From the NCBI RefSeq assembly GCF_006345805.1, contig NC_043017.1, positions 28,520,001-28,584,000 on the forward strand: DNA of 64,000 bases, in the 5' to 3' direction. Positions 12,495-25,781 of this stretch are shown here, one piece after another. Position numbers and translations under genes: made by a program. Source of the DNA: Octopus sinensis. Lineage: Eukaryota. Within the stretch, counting starts at the first letter, position 1. The number at the start of each line of letters is the position of its first letter. The notes beneath the pieces are model-generated. The model was not told the DNA's origin and searched no databases. It saw nothing but the letters and a program-made list of their open reading frames with translations.

Positions 12495-14304
12495 AATACG
12501 AATCATGAACTTTTAAAGACCACAATTGCTCCTACCCATGTATATATGTTCGTCCTTACATCATGTATGTGCATTGGTGAGTATATTTGTCCCTGTTGGT
12601 ACAATCAGTGAATTAGAAAAAATACTCTGAGGCGTTTCATTTTGATGCTGTTACATTCCTTTCCATCCGAGTGTATTTTAGTTTTCCTTCTTACTAGGTC
12701 ATTGCTTAAACGATAAAATGTTTAAACAAGAAAAACAATCTTAGTGTATTGCCCCAATGTGATTGTTTTCCAATCTTGAAAGAAGCGAGAGGATAAATCA
12801 GAATTAATATTTATACTTACGTATATATAATGAAATGTTTAGCCCATGGATATGACTGAAGGAACTTGAAATGACACTGTAAGATGGGTTGGCCAAGAAT
12901 TTATGTTATTTGCTTGCAAGCAGGTGCACTTTCATTGAAGAAGCGTACGGTGATATATTTAATACAGAAATGAAAATGCAGAGAGAATCGTAAAGAAATT
13001 GATATATATATATATATCGAGAAAGACAATGAGAGAATAGAATGTAAGTGTGACCGAAAAAAGTCAAAGTACAAGGTAACAAAAATATATATATTTATTC
13101 AAAAATAGTTTTAAGTGTGCTACACGGTTTATTGCAGAAACAATAGATGATGGAGTAGATTAGAAGAAAAAGAAGCAGAGGGGGAAAAGATCATCATTTC
13201 CTATCTGCTGCAAGCATTTTGGTCTATTTCGGAGTAGATGTTTTAAAGCTATACTGCAGTATTTCCGTAGCTGTCAAGAATAAGTATCAACTGATAAGGA
13301 AACTTCCTACGATTGTAACACTTTAACGTGAGAGACGATTCTCATCCTGATTTTACTGTGTTTCGGGTTTCAAACGTTATGCTGTATCAATAGCAGAGTA
13401 TCCAAATTAAGTTTGTGTAACTAATGTCAGCGAAATACGATGAAGCCTTATAAAGAAAAGATGGGTAAGTTACATTCATGATTTAACACCGTATTTTGGT
13501 TTTAACAATAAATATGTACCGAAAAGTAAGACACGAAAATTAAGCCATATATACGCACATATATAAATATCTATCATACGTAAATGTTCTAAATTAAACG
13601 AGGACTACGTATATAGAACTATGAACGCAAGTCTGAATAAAATAATTCAATATATATAAATATATACATATACGTACGGGGTGCGGTATATGCATCTGTA
13701 CATGCATGTGTAATATATAGGTGTATGTAGTGTATGTATGCGTATATATCTAACGCTGGTTGGCCGTTTATGTGTAGATTGCGTGCATGAAATCCTTCTC
13801 AGGCAGTCCCTATATGATCTGGTTAGGCCCATACCTTCCCTTGCCGCTATTATGTAAGATTCTGGAACGAAACTCTGTATACATACACATACACACACAC
13901 ACCACACACCGCACACGCACATTAGCCGTCACCGTTTGTCTTCACTGACCTGTTCTTGTTACCACTTTCACCTTCCGAAAAAATTCCAAATTTTATTTAA
14001 TTTACTTTGCGGGAAGGATTATTTCAACGAAGTCACGTATTGTCCTTACCTTCGGAACACAGAGTAGATGAAACAGAGGTAACTGAAGAAGGGGAATATT
14101 CTTTATGTTGCATGTCTCGTTTCTCTGTTTGTTTGTTTTTTTCGTTGTTCGAAAAGAAAGTTCGTTTTCTATGTATTTGTTTTTTATGATTTCGTTTCTC
14201 ACTGTGTTCAACGTTTTTTTTAATGTCCTGTACCCATATATACATGCATATATACAGATTGATATATATATATATATATATATATATTAGATATATATTA
14301 TATA

Positions 14305-14767
<463 letters not shown>

Positions 14768-15276
14768 CAGAATCAATAAAACATAAGAAAAGAAACACAC
14801 TTTAAAGAATAAAGTAGTAATTATTAAAGCAAAAATTTAAATTCTGGTCATACATCCATACGGGCATGCATACGTACAAAATACATACATGCCTCCATGT
14901 ATGTATGCATGTATACTTACATACATTTATACATACTTAAATACATACATTCACACATACATAATACATGCATACATACATACATAAATGTGTGTGTTTC
15001 TAATAACGATCATATATGAAAATAAGTTCATCAACTCCGATCTTAAACAAGGCTACTAAACTAACGATCGTCAGATATATCTGTTTATCGGCGGGTTTTC
15101 GCTATGCATTCGTCTATCAAATGCTCCTCTGTTGTTAGAAACTCTGATAGAACACATTCGTGCAATTTGCGTATTAACAGGTTGGAGCTAGGAACCGGCT
15201 TGTGACATAGTAAACTTCTTAATCAGAAATCCATCACCATTGGCCCTCCAATTTAGAAATAGATATCTAACTATAA

Positions 15277-15669
15277 TCCTTATATATAAAAGTGAGGTTG
15301 TGTGCTGTCTGTCTCCTACGATTTAGATTCCTAACTACTCCCACATTTTGCGGTGCAGTTTAACCAAATCCGGGTATCTTATAGTCGTGATTCATATCGA
15401 GCCCTTCTGGGTATTAGCGCGCGTCTACGATGAGTCTACGATTAAAAAAAAAAATTACCATAAATTTTTCACATTTTTAATGCATTTTTGGCATATATAA
15501 GGGAAGTAACTCTCTAAAAATTTATTAAATCTCAGAATGTAAAAAGCTACAGTAACACCCCCCCTTTGTGGTTAGCCATATTGAGATGGCTATTATACTT
15601 TACATCTCTAAAAATGCTTATATAGTTATTTCCCTTACAACCCTGAGCAACGCCGGGCGATACTGCTAG
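15277..15669 (+). mobile_element. Non-autonomous Helitron (body type H1)
   Basis: A|TC...hairpin GAGCAACGCCGGGC...CTAG|T, no TSD; four copies in the window. Confidence 0.85.
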
Positions 15670-15904
15670 TCAGGTATAAAATATACCCCGATCATGAATA
15701 TGTTTACCTACTCGCAGAGAGGATTGAAACTAGAACGTCTAATTCTACGCTGTAACGATCAACAACAATTTTTACCTGCCAACTGACACTCGAATACAGA
15801 ATGATATTGTGTATGTATAGAGTTATGAATCACCTCATATAAAGCGATGGACGAACCGATTATTATAAATCTGAAAGGGATTTCCAGTTATTGAATATGA
15901 AGTT

Positions 15905-16315
15905 ATTTATTTATTTTAATTATTTTATTTATTTCATCTAGTTTCAGCTCACGAGCTGTGGCCATGTTGGGGCACCGCCATTTGGTGTTGCTACATGATT
16001 TCACTTCACGAATGCTTTTTAGCAATTGCCATTTGGTGCATGAGAGAGTTCGATGCAGCTGCCCTCATCTGCACCTCCTGCCGTGAAGTTGGTTCATCTG
16101 GGACACCTGACAGGAAGAGATCCACTTTTATTTTAAAGACATCTGCATCCACCCCAAGCAGGTCTCTCAGGTTCTTCGGGAGGATATTGAAGAGCTGTGG
16201 GCCTCTGAAGCCCAGGCTATCACAGTATCTTGTGCTACATCTTGATGGCAAATCTGGAGTCCTTGGCACTATGCAGTGGCGCCCAGTTCTAGCATTTGTG
16301 TAACTCTCGATGCCT
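15905..16315 (-). mobile_element. LINE 3' fragment (CR1/L2 group ORF2 C-terminus plus 3' UTR)
   Basis: ORF 16006-16269 GPQLFNILPKNLR..FKIKVDLFLSGVPDEP; tail GGCGGTGCCCCAACATGGCC..GCTGAAAC plus (AAAT)n. Confidence 0.75.
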
Positions 16316-17189
16316 CAGAAAGGATAATTTTCATTACGGAATGTCATCGAAGTCATTTATATTTTTATAATATTTATTACGGAGTGAAAGAACGTAGCAC
16401 TGACCATCTGAATTTTTACCGACGTGGGCAGATTATACTTATTTTAATTGATATCTCTATAGCAGGTTTGTGAATAATGATTGGGAATCGCAGAAGATAA
16501 CTGTGTAACGGTTTAGACAAAAGAGCTGAATACTTTGAGTAATATATTCGATCAAAAAGAAAAAATTAAAGATAATACTGCAGATCAAACAAAAGATTTG
16601 GTCATTGATGATAGAGTTTATTTATCAGACATATATGAAATAAATAATTACTGATTGATTGATTGATCGATCGATTGTTTAATTGAGGGGTAAGCGAGAG
16701 TGTAAATATTGTTTGTATTGCTGAGATTAAACGTCTTAAATGTGAAAATGTAGAATAAGTCATAAATATTAGATACCCTATCAATTGTTAATATAATATT
16801 TTAATAACCGGCTCTCGATAATTAAAACTGATATACCAATTCTAATATCATTTCTTGATTGTAATGCAAGAAATAAAAATAAAAAGGACAATACTTGAAT
16901 ATATCAATAGTGATATAATGTACTTAAAATGGCGTCATTATACTTCCTTATGATATTGAGACGCCATTTAAAAAAGCCATAGAAAACAATGGCAAAGTTG
17001 TACACAAAAGCAAAGTGGAGCATTTTGTTCTTTAAGTATGTACATAAAACAAACTCCGTTGAATAAAGTTTTAAAAATACGTTTCCTTCTACTATAATTC
17101 GAATACTCCAAGCTTTCGTCAATGCAAAAAAGGTACTTTCTCAATTTTTAGAGAGAGTGAGAGGGGGAGGTCAGAGAGAGACTGTGCGG

Positions 17190-17221
<32 letters not shown>

Positions 17222-17274
17222 TTTCATACATAAATATATATATATATATGCGTGTGTGTGTGTGTGTATATATA

Positions 17275-17306
<32 letters not shown>

Positions 17307-17397
17307 ATTTCTCAACCACCCACAGACTACATACACAGCAGGCAGACACATGTATGTTGTTTGGCGTACATATGTGTGTGTGTGTGTATATATATAT

Positions 17398-17578
17398 ATT
17401 ACATTATATTATACTATATCTTTAACTATATATATATATATATATATCGGGATATACACCCATATACACGTGTTTATATATATACACATATATATTTGTA
17501 TGTACATGTACACTAATTCATGCATACATACGCACATGTGTGTGTGAATATATACATATACATACATATATATATATC

Positions 17579-17609
<31 letters not shown>

Positions 17610-17771
17610 ATGTATATATTCACACACACATGTGCGTATGTATGCATGAATTAGTGTACATGTACATACAAATATATATGTGTATATATATAAACACGTG
17701 TATATGGGTGTATATCCCGATATATATATATATATATATATATTTAAAGATATAGTATAATATAATGTAAT
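17398..17771. repeat. Near-perfect ~370-bp palindrome centred on (TA)n
   Basis: ATTACATTATATTATACTATATCTTTAA..CGGGATATACACCC.. mirrored exactly by ..GGGTGTATATCCCG..TTAAAGATATAGTATAATATAATGTAAT. Confidence 0.9.
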
Positions 17772-18802
17772 TATATATATATTATATATAATATATATTA
17801 TATATATATATATCACACACAGAATGATGTGTATGTGCGTGTGGAGAGAGAGTGAGAGAGAGACAGTGGTAGAGAGAATTTAAAAGATAGGAACAACAAC
17901 ATTTGCCGATACATTAAATTATCAGACATCTATACGAGATATATATAGTGGAGACAGGTCTTTCATATTAAAATTTTGAAATGCCTTTGTGGTGTCTTGC
18001 GTAATTTGAATTGCAAATTGAAACTATTTTAAAAGAGTATGAAAAATGAAGGAAACATATAGGTTTAGATTAGATGGAAATTTACATAGTTTAACATAAA
18101 TTGTCTGAGAGAGCAAATATATTATATTCAATATTATCAACAACGGGGGAAAACAAATATGATAAAGTTAAGAAAATTGTATTTTAATTTAACTGGAAAC
18201 ACAAGTACTTCTTCGTGCTAAAGTTGATACTTCGTAAAATATGAATATAATCACACACACACACGCACAGGCACACGCAAACACACACACAAAAGATTGT
18301 GCGTACTTAGTAACTAAAATAACATACGGTAGTCGCAGAATGGACTCAATAAAGGAGTAGATACAAGTTCTTTTCTAATTTAAAAAGTTTACTGCTTTTC
18401 CAAATTAGCTAACAATTAGAAGGCTTATTAAGAATTGAACATTTGGCATCGCATTTAAGTTTGAAGTAAAATAATCGATCTTCAGTTTTGGTAAACGTGG
18501 TTGCAGATCTCGGTTACTATGAAGCAGGTAAGACATTTTGGACTAACACTTGGTACAGCTGTAAATTGGCAGGGAATACAAAGATCCATAACAGACAGTA
18601 TGTAAAAAAATTGTGATTAAGAATTAGATAGAAAGAAAAAAATGATTAAAAATGAACATTAGAACGAAGTGGGTTTAAAGATATTAATACGGAATCACTA
18701 AGAGGGTGAGTTCATAAATGTAAATTCAGCTTGACCAGCAGGGTACTCAGACATGTTAGTTGGAACTTTGATGATAATTAATTTGTTATTTCTTAGGGGA
18801 AA

Positions 18803-19150
18803 AGGCGGTGAGCTAGCAGAAAGGTGGCGAGCTGGCAGGAACGTTAGCACGCTGGGCGAAATGCCTTGTGGTATTTCGTCCGCCTTGTTCAAGTTCCGCC
18901 GAAGTTGACTTTGCCTTTCATCCTTTCGGGGCCGATAAATTAAGTACCAGTTACGCGCTGGGGTCGATGTAATCGACTTAATCCGTTTGTCTGTCCTTGT
19001 TTGTCTATGTTCAGCCCCTTGTGGGCAATAAAGAAATAAGAAACGTTAGCACGCCGGGCGAAAAGCTTAGTGGTATTTCGTCTCTCTTTACTTTCTGAGT
19101 ACAAAGTCCACCAGCGTCGACTTTGCCTTTTATCCTTTCGAGGTCGATAA
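18803..19150 (+). mobile_element. Nin-domain SINE, full copy plus tandem partial second copy
   Basis: Head GGCGGTGAGCTAGCAGAA; tail AAAGAAATA joined to AGAAACGTTAGCAC of a second unit. Confidence 0.8.
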
Positions 19151-19209
19151 AAGAATTGTAAGAGGAACTTGTGTTGTAGAAAGGAAACAATTAAATCCTT
19201 TATCTTCAG

Positions 19210-19590
19210 ATTTTTACCTTTTAGTTGTTTCTGTCATTAGACTGGCGCCATGCTGGAGCAATGCCTTGAAGAATTTCTAGTCGAATGAATCGACCCCAGT
19301 ACATTTATTTTAAAAAAACAGGTACTTATTTTATCGATCATTCCTATCGATCCGCTATGGACGTAAGCACCCGAGAGTCGGTTGTGAAGCTGTTGTGGGG
19401 CAGGAAAACAGACATAATCACATACACACCACATACATAAGATGGGATTCTTTCAGTTTCCGCCTTCCAAATCCAGTGAAAAGAGTTTGGCCGGCCCCAG
19501 GATATAGTGGAAGACACTTACTTGCCTAAAGCGCCACACAGAGAAACAGAATCCATAACCATGTGGGATTTGAAGCAAGCTCCTACCACA
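19210..19590 (-). mobile_element. CORE-like SINE, old degenerate copy
   Basis: Diverged similarity to 11827-12275 along its length. Confidence 0.65.
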
Positions 19591-19814
19591 TGTCATCGCT
19601 ATTATTTTGCGCTATATAACTATTTCTATACTAGGAGCAACATACATCTGTCCATAGCTACGGACCGACCAAAGGATTCTGAGTAGGTTTGGTCAACTAG
19701 CAGAAGACAATCGTATATAATCACACACACACACCACACACACACACACACACATGCATTATCTTGACGACTAACTAACACTCCCTCTCTGGAGTGTTAG
19801 TTAGGGTATATACC

Positions 19815-20974
19815 TATTTCTTTACTACCCACAAGGGGCTAAACACAGAGGGAACAAACAAGGACAGACAGACGGACGGATTAAGTCGATTATATCGACC
19901 CCAGTGAGTAACTGGTACTTAATTTATCGACCCCGAAAGGATGAAGGCAAAGTCGACCTCAGCGGAATTTGAACTCAGAACGTGCGGCAGACGAAATACG
20001 TATTTCTTTCTACCCCACAAGGGGCTAAACACAGAGGGGACAAACAGGACAGACAGACGGACGGATTAAGTCGATTATATCGACCCCGTGAGTAACTGGT
20101 ACTTAATTTATCGACCCCGAAAGGATGAAAGGCAAAGTCGACCTCAGCGGAATTTGAACTCAGAACGTAGCGGCAGACGAAATACGTATTTCTTTACTAC
20201 CCACAAGGGGCTAAACACAGAGGGAACAAACAAGGACAGACAGACGGACGGATTAAGTCGATTATATCGACCCCAGTGAGTAACTGGTACTTAATTTATC
20301 GACCCCGAAAGGATGAAAGGCAAAGTCGACCTCAGCGGAATTTGAACTCAGAACGTAGCGGCAGACGAAATACCTATTTCTTTACTACCCACAAGGGGCT
20401 AAACACAGAGGGAACAAACAAGGACAGACAGACGGACGGATTAAGTCGATTATATCGACCCCAGTGAGTAACTGGTACTTAATTTATCGACCCCGAAAGG
20501 ATGAAAGGCAAAGTCGACCTCAGCGGAATTTGAACTCAGAACGTAGCGGCAGACGAAATACGTATTTCTTTACTACCCACAAGGGGCTAAACACAGAGGG
20601 AACAAACAAGACAGACAGACGGACGGATTAAGTCGATTATATCGACCCCAGTGAGTAACTGTGACTTATTTATCGACCCCGAAAGGATGAAAGGCAAAGT
20701 CGACCTCAGCGGAATTTGAACTCAGAACGTAGCGGCAGACGAAATACCTATTCTTTTACCCACAAGGGGCTAAACACAGAGGGAACAAACAAGGACAGAC
20801 AGACGGACGGATTAAGTCGATTATATCGACCCCAGTGAGTAACTGGTACTTAATTTATCGACCCCGAAAGGATGAAAGGCAAAGTCGACCTCAGCGGAAT
20901 TTGAACTCAGAACGTAACGGCAGACGAAATACGGTTACGCATTTCACCCGGCGTGCTAACGTTTCTGCCAGCTC
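19815..20974 (-). mobile_element. Tandem array of Nin-domain SINE: one head plus six ~188-bp headless units
   Basis: Period 188 (identical ORFs at 20088 and 20276); head only at 20932-20974; ATACC on both flanks. Confidence 0.9.
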
Positions 20975-21693
20975 ATACCTTCAGCCGAAACGTTGTGTTA
21001 ACAACAAACAAGATGAGGACAAATATCCGTTGAAAGTAAATAATGTAAATATAGATGGGTTGACCACATCACGTAATTGAAGTACAACAGATGGACATCA
21101 AAACAATGCACAAGATCATAAGCAGATCGAAGTCAAGATGGTGAGATCATCTGTCCCGCTACATGGGGCCTACATGGTCATGACTTACCTGAAATAGACA
21201 GCGGCTGAAGGAGTCCAGATGTTCCTCCTTCAGGACTGATAAATCCCTGGGGAAATGAAAAGAAATATACTGTAAACAACTGGACAACCTAGAAACGTAT
21301 CGATACAGATATGTACGTATCTACACACGAAATAATTCATTTAAATTATCCACATATATTTGCGTTATTCAACATGTCAATATGCAAAATGACATAGCAT
21401 AAGATTTCAAATCTGAAAGGAATCGTATTTGGAAAAATAAACTTTCTTTTAGAAGAGAAATTGCGAAGAGATATTTGAAAGATAAAATATAAACAACATT
21501 TGTGATAAGATCACTTATGGAATATGTCTTCTATGATATAATTTAAAGATAGGGTATGTTACGCCATATAGAATGAATAGAAGGCGACTGAAAGATTTCC
21601 ACAATTAAACATATATGTAAAACTGCCCGCGGCGTGGCTGGGAGACTGGGAGACTGTGAAGGCTCTATGTTTGAGAAACCTATATTGATAATC

Positions 21694-21999
21694 TGGAGGC
21701 GCAATGGCCTAGTGGTTAGGGCAGCGGACTCGCGGTCGCAGGATCGCGGTTTCGATTCCCAGACCGGGCGTTGTGTGTGTTTATTGAGCGAAAACACCTA
21801 AAAGCTCCACGAGGCTCCGGCAGGGGGTGGTTATCCCTGCTGTACTTTTTCACCACTATTTCTCCCACTCTTTCTTCTGATGGCCTGCTCGCTTAGCCAG
21901 CGGGGTGGCGTCATTCGAAGGCTAAAACAATGCAAACGCATTATAACCAGCGATGTGTAGCAACATCTGATGGTCTGGTCGGTCACGTGATCACGTGAT
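21694..21999 (+). mobile_element. tRNA-derived SINE, OR2-like (OR head, second tail)
   Basis: Same head as 2681, different tail ending (CACGTGAT)2; TSD TATTGATAATCT. Confidence 0.85.
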
Positions 22000-22469
22000 A
22001 TTGATAATCTATGAAGATGCAGACGGATGTATGGCGACCGGGTGAAAATTATAGACGTAAAAACTCATCTCGATGTTTGGAAATGTGGGAACATTATCAG
22101 ATATAGATGCGAAAATTGTATGTGAAATAAAGATTTATGGGAAACTCACCACAGTGAGTCACAAGAACTGCATAAGATTTACATCTCCACCAATATTTGG
22201 GTATATCCGGGTGCAGCTTCCTATGTGTGGATGTGTGTGCGAGTGTTGTTATGCATGCATCCATTCATCCAACAATCCAACCAGCCAGCCAGACATCTCT
22301 CTCTCTCTCTCTCTCTCTCTAACTTGTGTGTGTGTGTGCGTGTGCATGCATGTATGAATTCATATTCGTAGACGTGAGCTTGAAAGTGTGCGTTTGTATG
22401 TGTGTACAAGTATAAATATGTACATTTATATGTGTGTATATGTTTATATTTGGGATATATACATATACA

Positions 22470-22870
22470 AGAGTGGCTGTGTGGTAAGTAGCTTGTTTGC
22501 CAACCACATGGTTCCGCGTTCAGTCCCAGTGCAAGTGTCTTCTACTATAGCCTCGGGCCGACCAGTGCCTTGTGAGTGGATTTGGTAGACGGAAACTGAA
22601 AAGAAGCCCGTCGTATATATGTATATATATATATATATATATACATATGCGTGTGTGTGTTTGTGTGTCTGTGTTTGTTCTTCTAGCATTGCTTGACAAC
22701 CGATGCTGGTGTGTTTATGTCCCCGTTACTTAGCGGTTCGGCAAAAGAGACCGATAGAATAAGTACTGGGTTTACAAAAGAATAAGTTCCGGGGTCGAGT
22801 TGCACTATTAAAGGCGGTGCTCCAGCATGGCCGCAGTCAAATGACTGAAACAAGTAAAAGAGTAAAAGAG
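22470..22870 (+). mobile_element. CORE-like SINE
   Basis: Homologous to 11827-12275, with a short internal deletion. Confidence 0.9.
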
Positions 22871-22880
22871 TATACAAGAG

Positions 22881-23112
22881 AACCGGCGAGCTGGCAGAGA
22901 CGTTAGTACGCCGGGCGAAATGCGTAGCCGTATTTCGTCTGTCGTTACATTCCGAGTTCAAATTCCGCCGTGGTCGACTTTGCTTTTCATCCTTTCGGGG
23001 GCGATCAATTAAGTACCAATTATGCACTGGGGTCGATGTAATCGACTTAATCCCTTTGTCTGTCCTTGTTTGTCCCCTCTGTGTTTAGCCCCTTATGGGC
23101 AGTAAAGAAATA
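22881..23112 (+). mobile_element. Nin-domain SINE monomer
   Basis: Full head, core and tail; TATACAAG on both flanks. Confidence 0.9.
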
Positions 23113-24142
23113 TATACAAGTGAACTATATAGGTACGTACCCTCATAAACCCGCACAGAAGAATGAATACACACAAGCATACATACACAGACACATACAC
23201 ACACATACACACACCACACATTCACACACAAGCACACACCAATATATGCTTCATCGTTTGTGTAGATTGATAGTACAGATGGTTCGCTTGGATGTACCTG
23301 ATGAGTAATGTTCCAGTACCTTATTCATCAGGTACCTGGAATTTTCTGCTCGTGAACCGCCGAGTTTGAGTCGAGGGGATGGAACAATTACCATCGGCAT
23401 TTCATCCATCTGTGATTGGTAGACAATGGACTAGTCCAGTTCTGGTGTTATTGGGCTCCTCTTTTCCCCTGCTATCAATTTTCACCCTTGGCTGTGCGTT
23501 TGGAAACATCCCGCTCCGCTCTCGTAGGTGTTCGGCTGGAGCAGGAAGGAATTAGCAAAACACAACGGCTACATGATTTCAACTGTACGTCATCCAACCA
23601 CTTCACACACACACACACACACACACACTTTCATAGCATTATCATCAATCGTCGCGTAGTGAATATAAAAAGGAAAAGAAGTTTCTCCACGCGAGTAGAA
23701 TTATTAGGAACACACGAGGAGTCTGCATTGCAATTTAAGAAAATTTACTTGACAATAATTTATAGAGAAATATTTAATCCGTTTCACAAATTGCTTGTTT
23801 TCAAGAATAATGGTGAGTTTTATCACAGTTATTTTCTCGAAGATTTAACAACGCTTTACATTTCCAAGTGTTAAGCACTTTATTTTGCTGACGTGAAGCG
23901 GTCCGTTAGCTGTTCTGCTATAAGCAAGCTATTATTAGTCCGTTGATGGCGTCATAATTTAATTTGGAAATTTCGATTTTTTGTTTGTTAAAAATATTAT
24001 CGAAGATTTCCAATACTTTAAGATTTCAAATTCTACTTTGTAACCCGTTGCATATCTGAACGAAATGTTGTTATATCTTAGGCAAGTGTATTCTACTAAA
24101 ACCTTGGGCCAACCAAAAGCTGAAAGAATCCCGTTGTATATA

Positions 24143-25080
24143 CAGGGGTTGGACAAAACCTTAACATTTCAAACAAAATTATTTTAATATGGGTAGGGCC
24201 GCATATGGTAGTAATTACAGCTTGAATTCTACAAGGTATGGACTCCTACAAAGTTTGAATTGTTTTCAAAGGAAGTTTTGTCCATTCTTCGGCTAAAATA
24301 GCCTTCAATACTTGTAGTAGTGGAGGATATCGACTCATTACCTGTGTTTTTAAAATGCACCATAAATGTTCAATAATATTAAGATGTGGGGACTGTGCTT
24401 GACAGATAAAGTGTTAAACTTCACCAGAATGTTTCTCGCACCATACAGTAACAATTTTAGTTGTGTGAATTGACACATTATCATCCCGAAAGGTTGCCTT
24501 TCTCTCCGGAAACAGATCTGCAACCATAGCATGAATTTGATCTGATAAAATACTTAAATAGTCTTGATTATTAATTCTTCCATGGAAGGAAACCATTGGG
24601 TCGGCGGATTTCCAAGATATACCCCCCCCCAATCACACATCTTTCTCCATGTTTAACAGTTCGATGAAGGCAGTCTCGGTTAAATACTTCTTTTGACTGT
24701 CACATTAGGCATACTCCGCCGGTGGTCTGCAATAAGGTAAAGAGTTACTCGTCCGAGAAAATAACAATCTTCGACTGATCTAGGGACCAATTCTATAGGT
24801 TTTACTCAACTCTAAACGCTTTGCAACGTTTGTTTTTGAAAGTAGTGATTTTCTTATTGTAGTCCTTCCGTGAAATCCGGCTTTGTGCAGTTCCCAGCGA
24901 ACAGTTTTTGTGGAAACTGGGTTCTCGAGGTGTACATTAAGCTCTGCAGTAATTTTGGGAGCTGTACTTTTGTGATCCTTTCTAACAATTCGCGTAAGAA
25001 TCCGACGGTCACTATCTGAAAATTTTGGTCTTCTTCCGGAGTTTTGTTTCGACGAGGATGTTTTTCCCTCTTTCCCAAAT
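24143..25080 (-). mobile_element. Decayed Tc1-like (DD34E-type) transposon
   Basis: TA|CAGGGGTTGGACAAAA terminus; minus-strand motifs VIFSDE, RDDNVSIHT and SPHLNIIEHLW, broken by frameshifts. Confidence 0.85.
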
Positions 25081-25134
25081 ACGGTGTAAATGTGGTCTAC
25101 GTTTATCTCGTGAGATGAAGTTAAATATAAGGCT

Positions 25135-25600
25135 TAGTAAGAAACTTAGATATGTTTCGACCAAAGATTGGTCCAGGTCATGTCTAACTTAATAGCACCA
25201 CCTGATAAGATTATCTAAATCCTGTTTAAGTCAAGTTTTGTTTATGGTCCATTCAAGTTGTGAGTTTTTGTTGGGTGAGTTGTATCCAATTATGGGTGGC
25301 TTATCTGGTATTCCTTGAAGGAATCTATCCAGACTCCGTTTAAAGTTGATGGGATCCTTTTCCTCTTTGATCTCTTTCGGGACAATGTTAAATAGGGCAG
25401 GGCCTGTTGAGGAAAAGAAATTATATTGCAATGTACATGTACGCTGTGATCTTGAATTGGGCAGGGGACGTATGGCCCGTGGTCCCAGTCTTGGATAAAC
25501 CTCAATCCAGTATGGATCTCATATACATTCTATCTAGGATCGGCAATGCTGGTTTATGTTGGTTGAATGGAATACCGCTGAGTGGGTTCTGTTTGTGATT
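25135..25600 (-). mobile_element. LINE 3' fragment (CR1/L2 group)
   Basis: GPALFNIVPKEIK..FKRSLDRFLQGIPDKP; tail GGTGGTGC..CATGACC..GAAAC. Confidence 0.75.
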
Positions 25601-25747
25601 AGTCGTCATATAGGATTTTTTTTATGCCAGAACTTCTATAAACAGCTTCGCCTATACGCAGCCATAAAAACTTCCTACACTCAAGCACACACAGACACAC
25701 ACATACACACGCATTCATACATATATGTCTATATATTATATATATAT

Positions 25748-25781
<34 letters not shown>

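Noticed and set aside
12821-12876. Possible minus-strand exon (CHFKFLQSYPWAKHFIIY) with GTAAGT donor
   Set aside because: Weak acceptor and no recognisable protein similarity
19815-20974. Regular repeat array resembling CRISPR
   Set aside because: No unique spacers; the whole unit is repeated SINE sequence in a eukaryotic context
20978-21002. TCAGCC-GAAACG-TT-GTGTTAAC, hammerhead 3' half
   Set aside because: No matching core or stem I found across the SINE array; the 14-bp hairpin at 19770-19803 does not complete the fold
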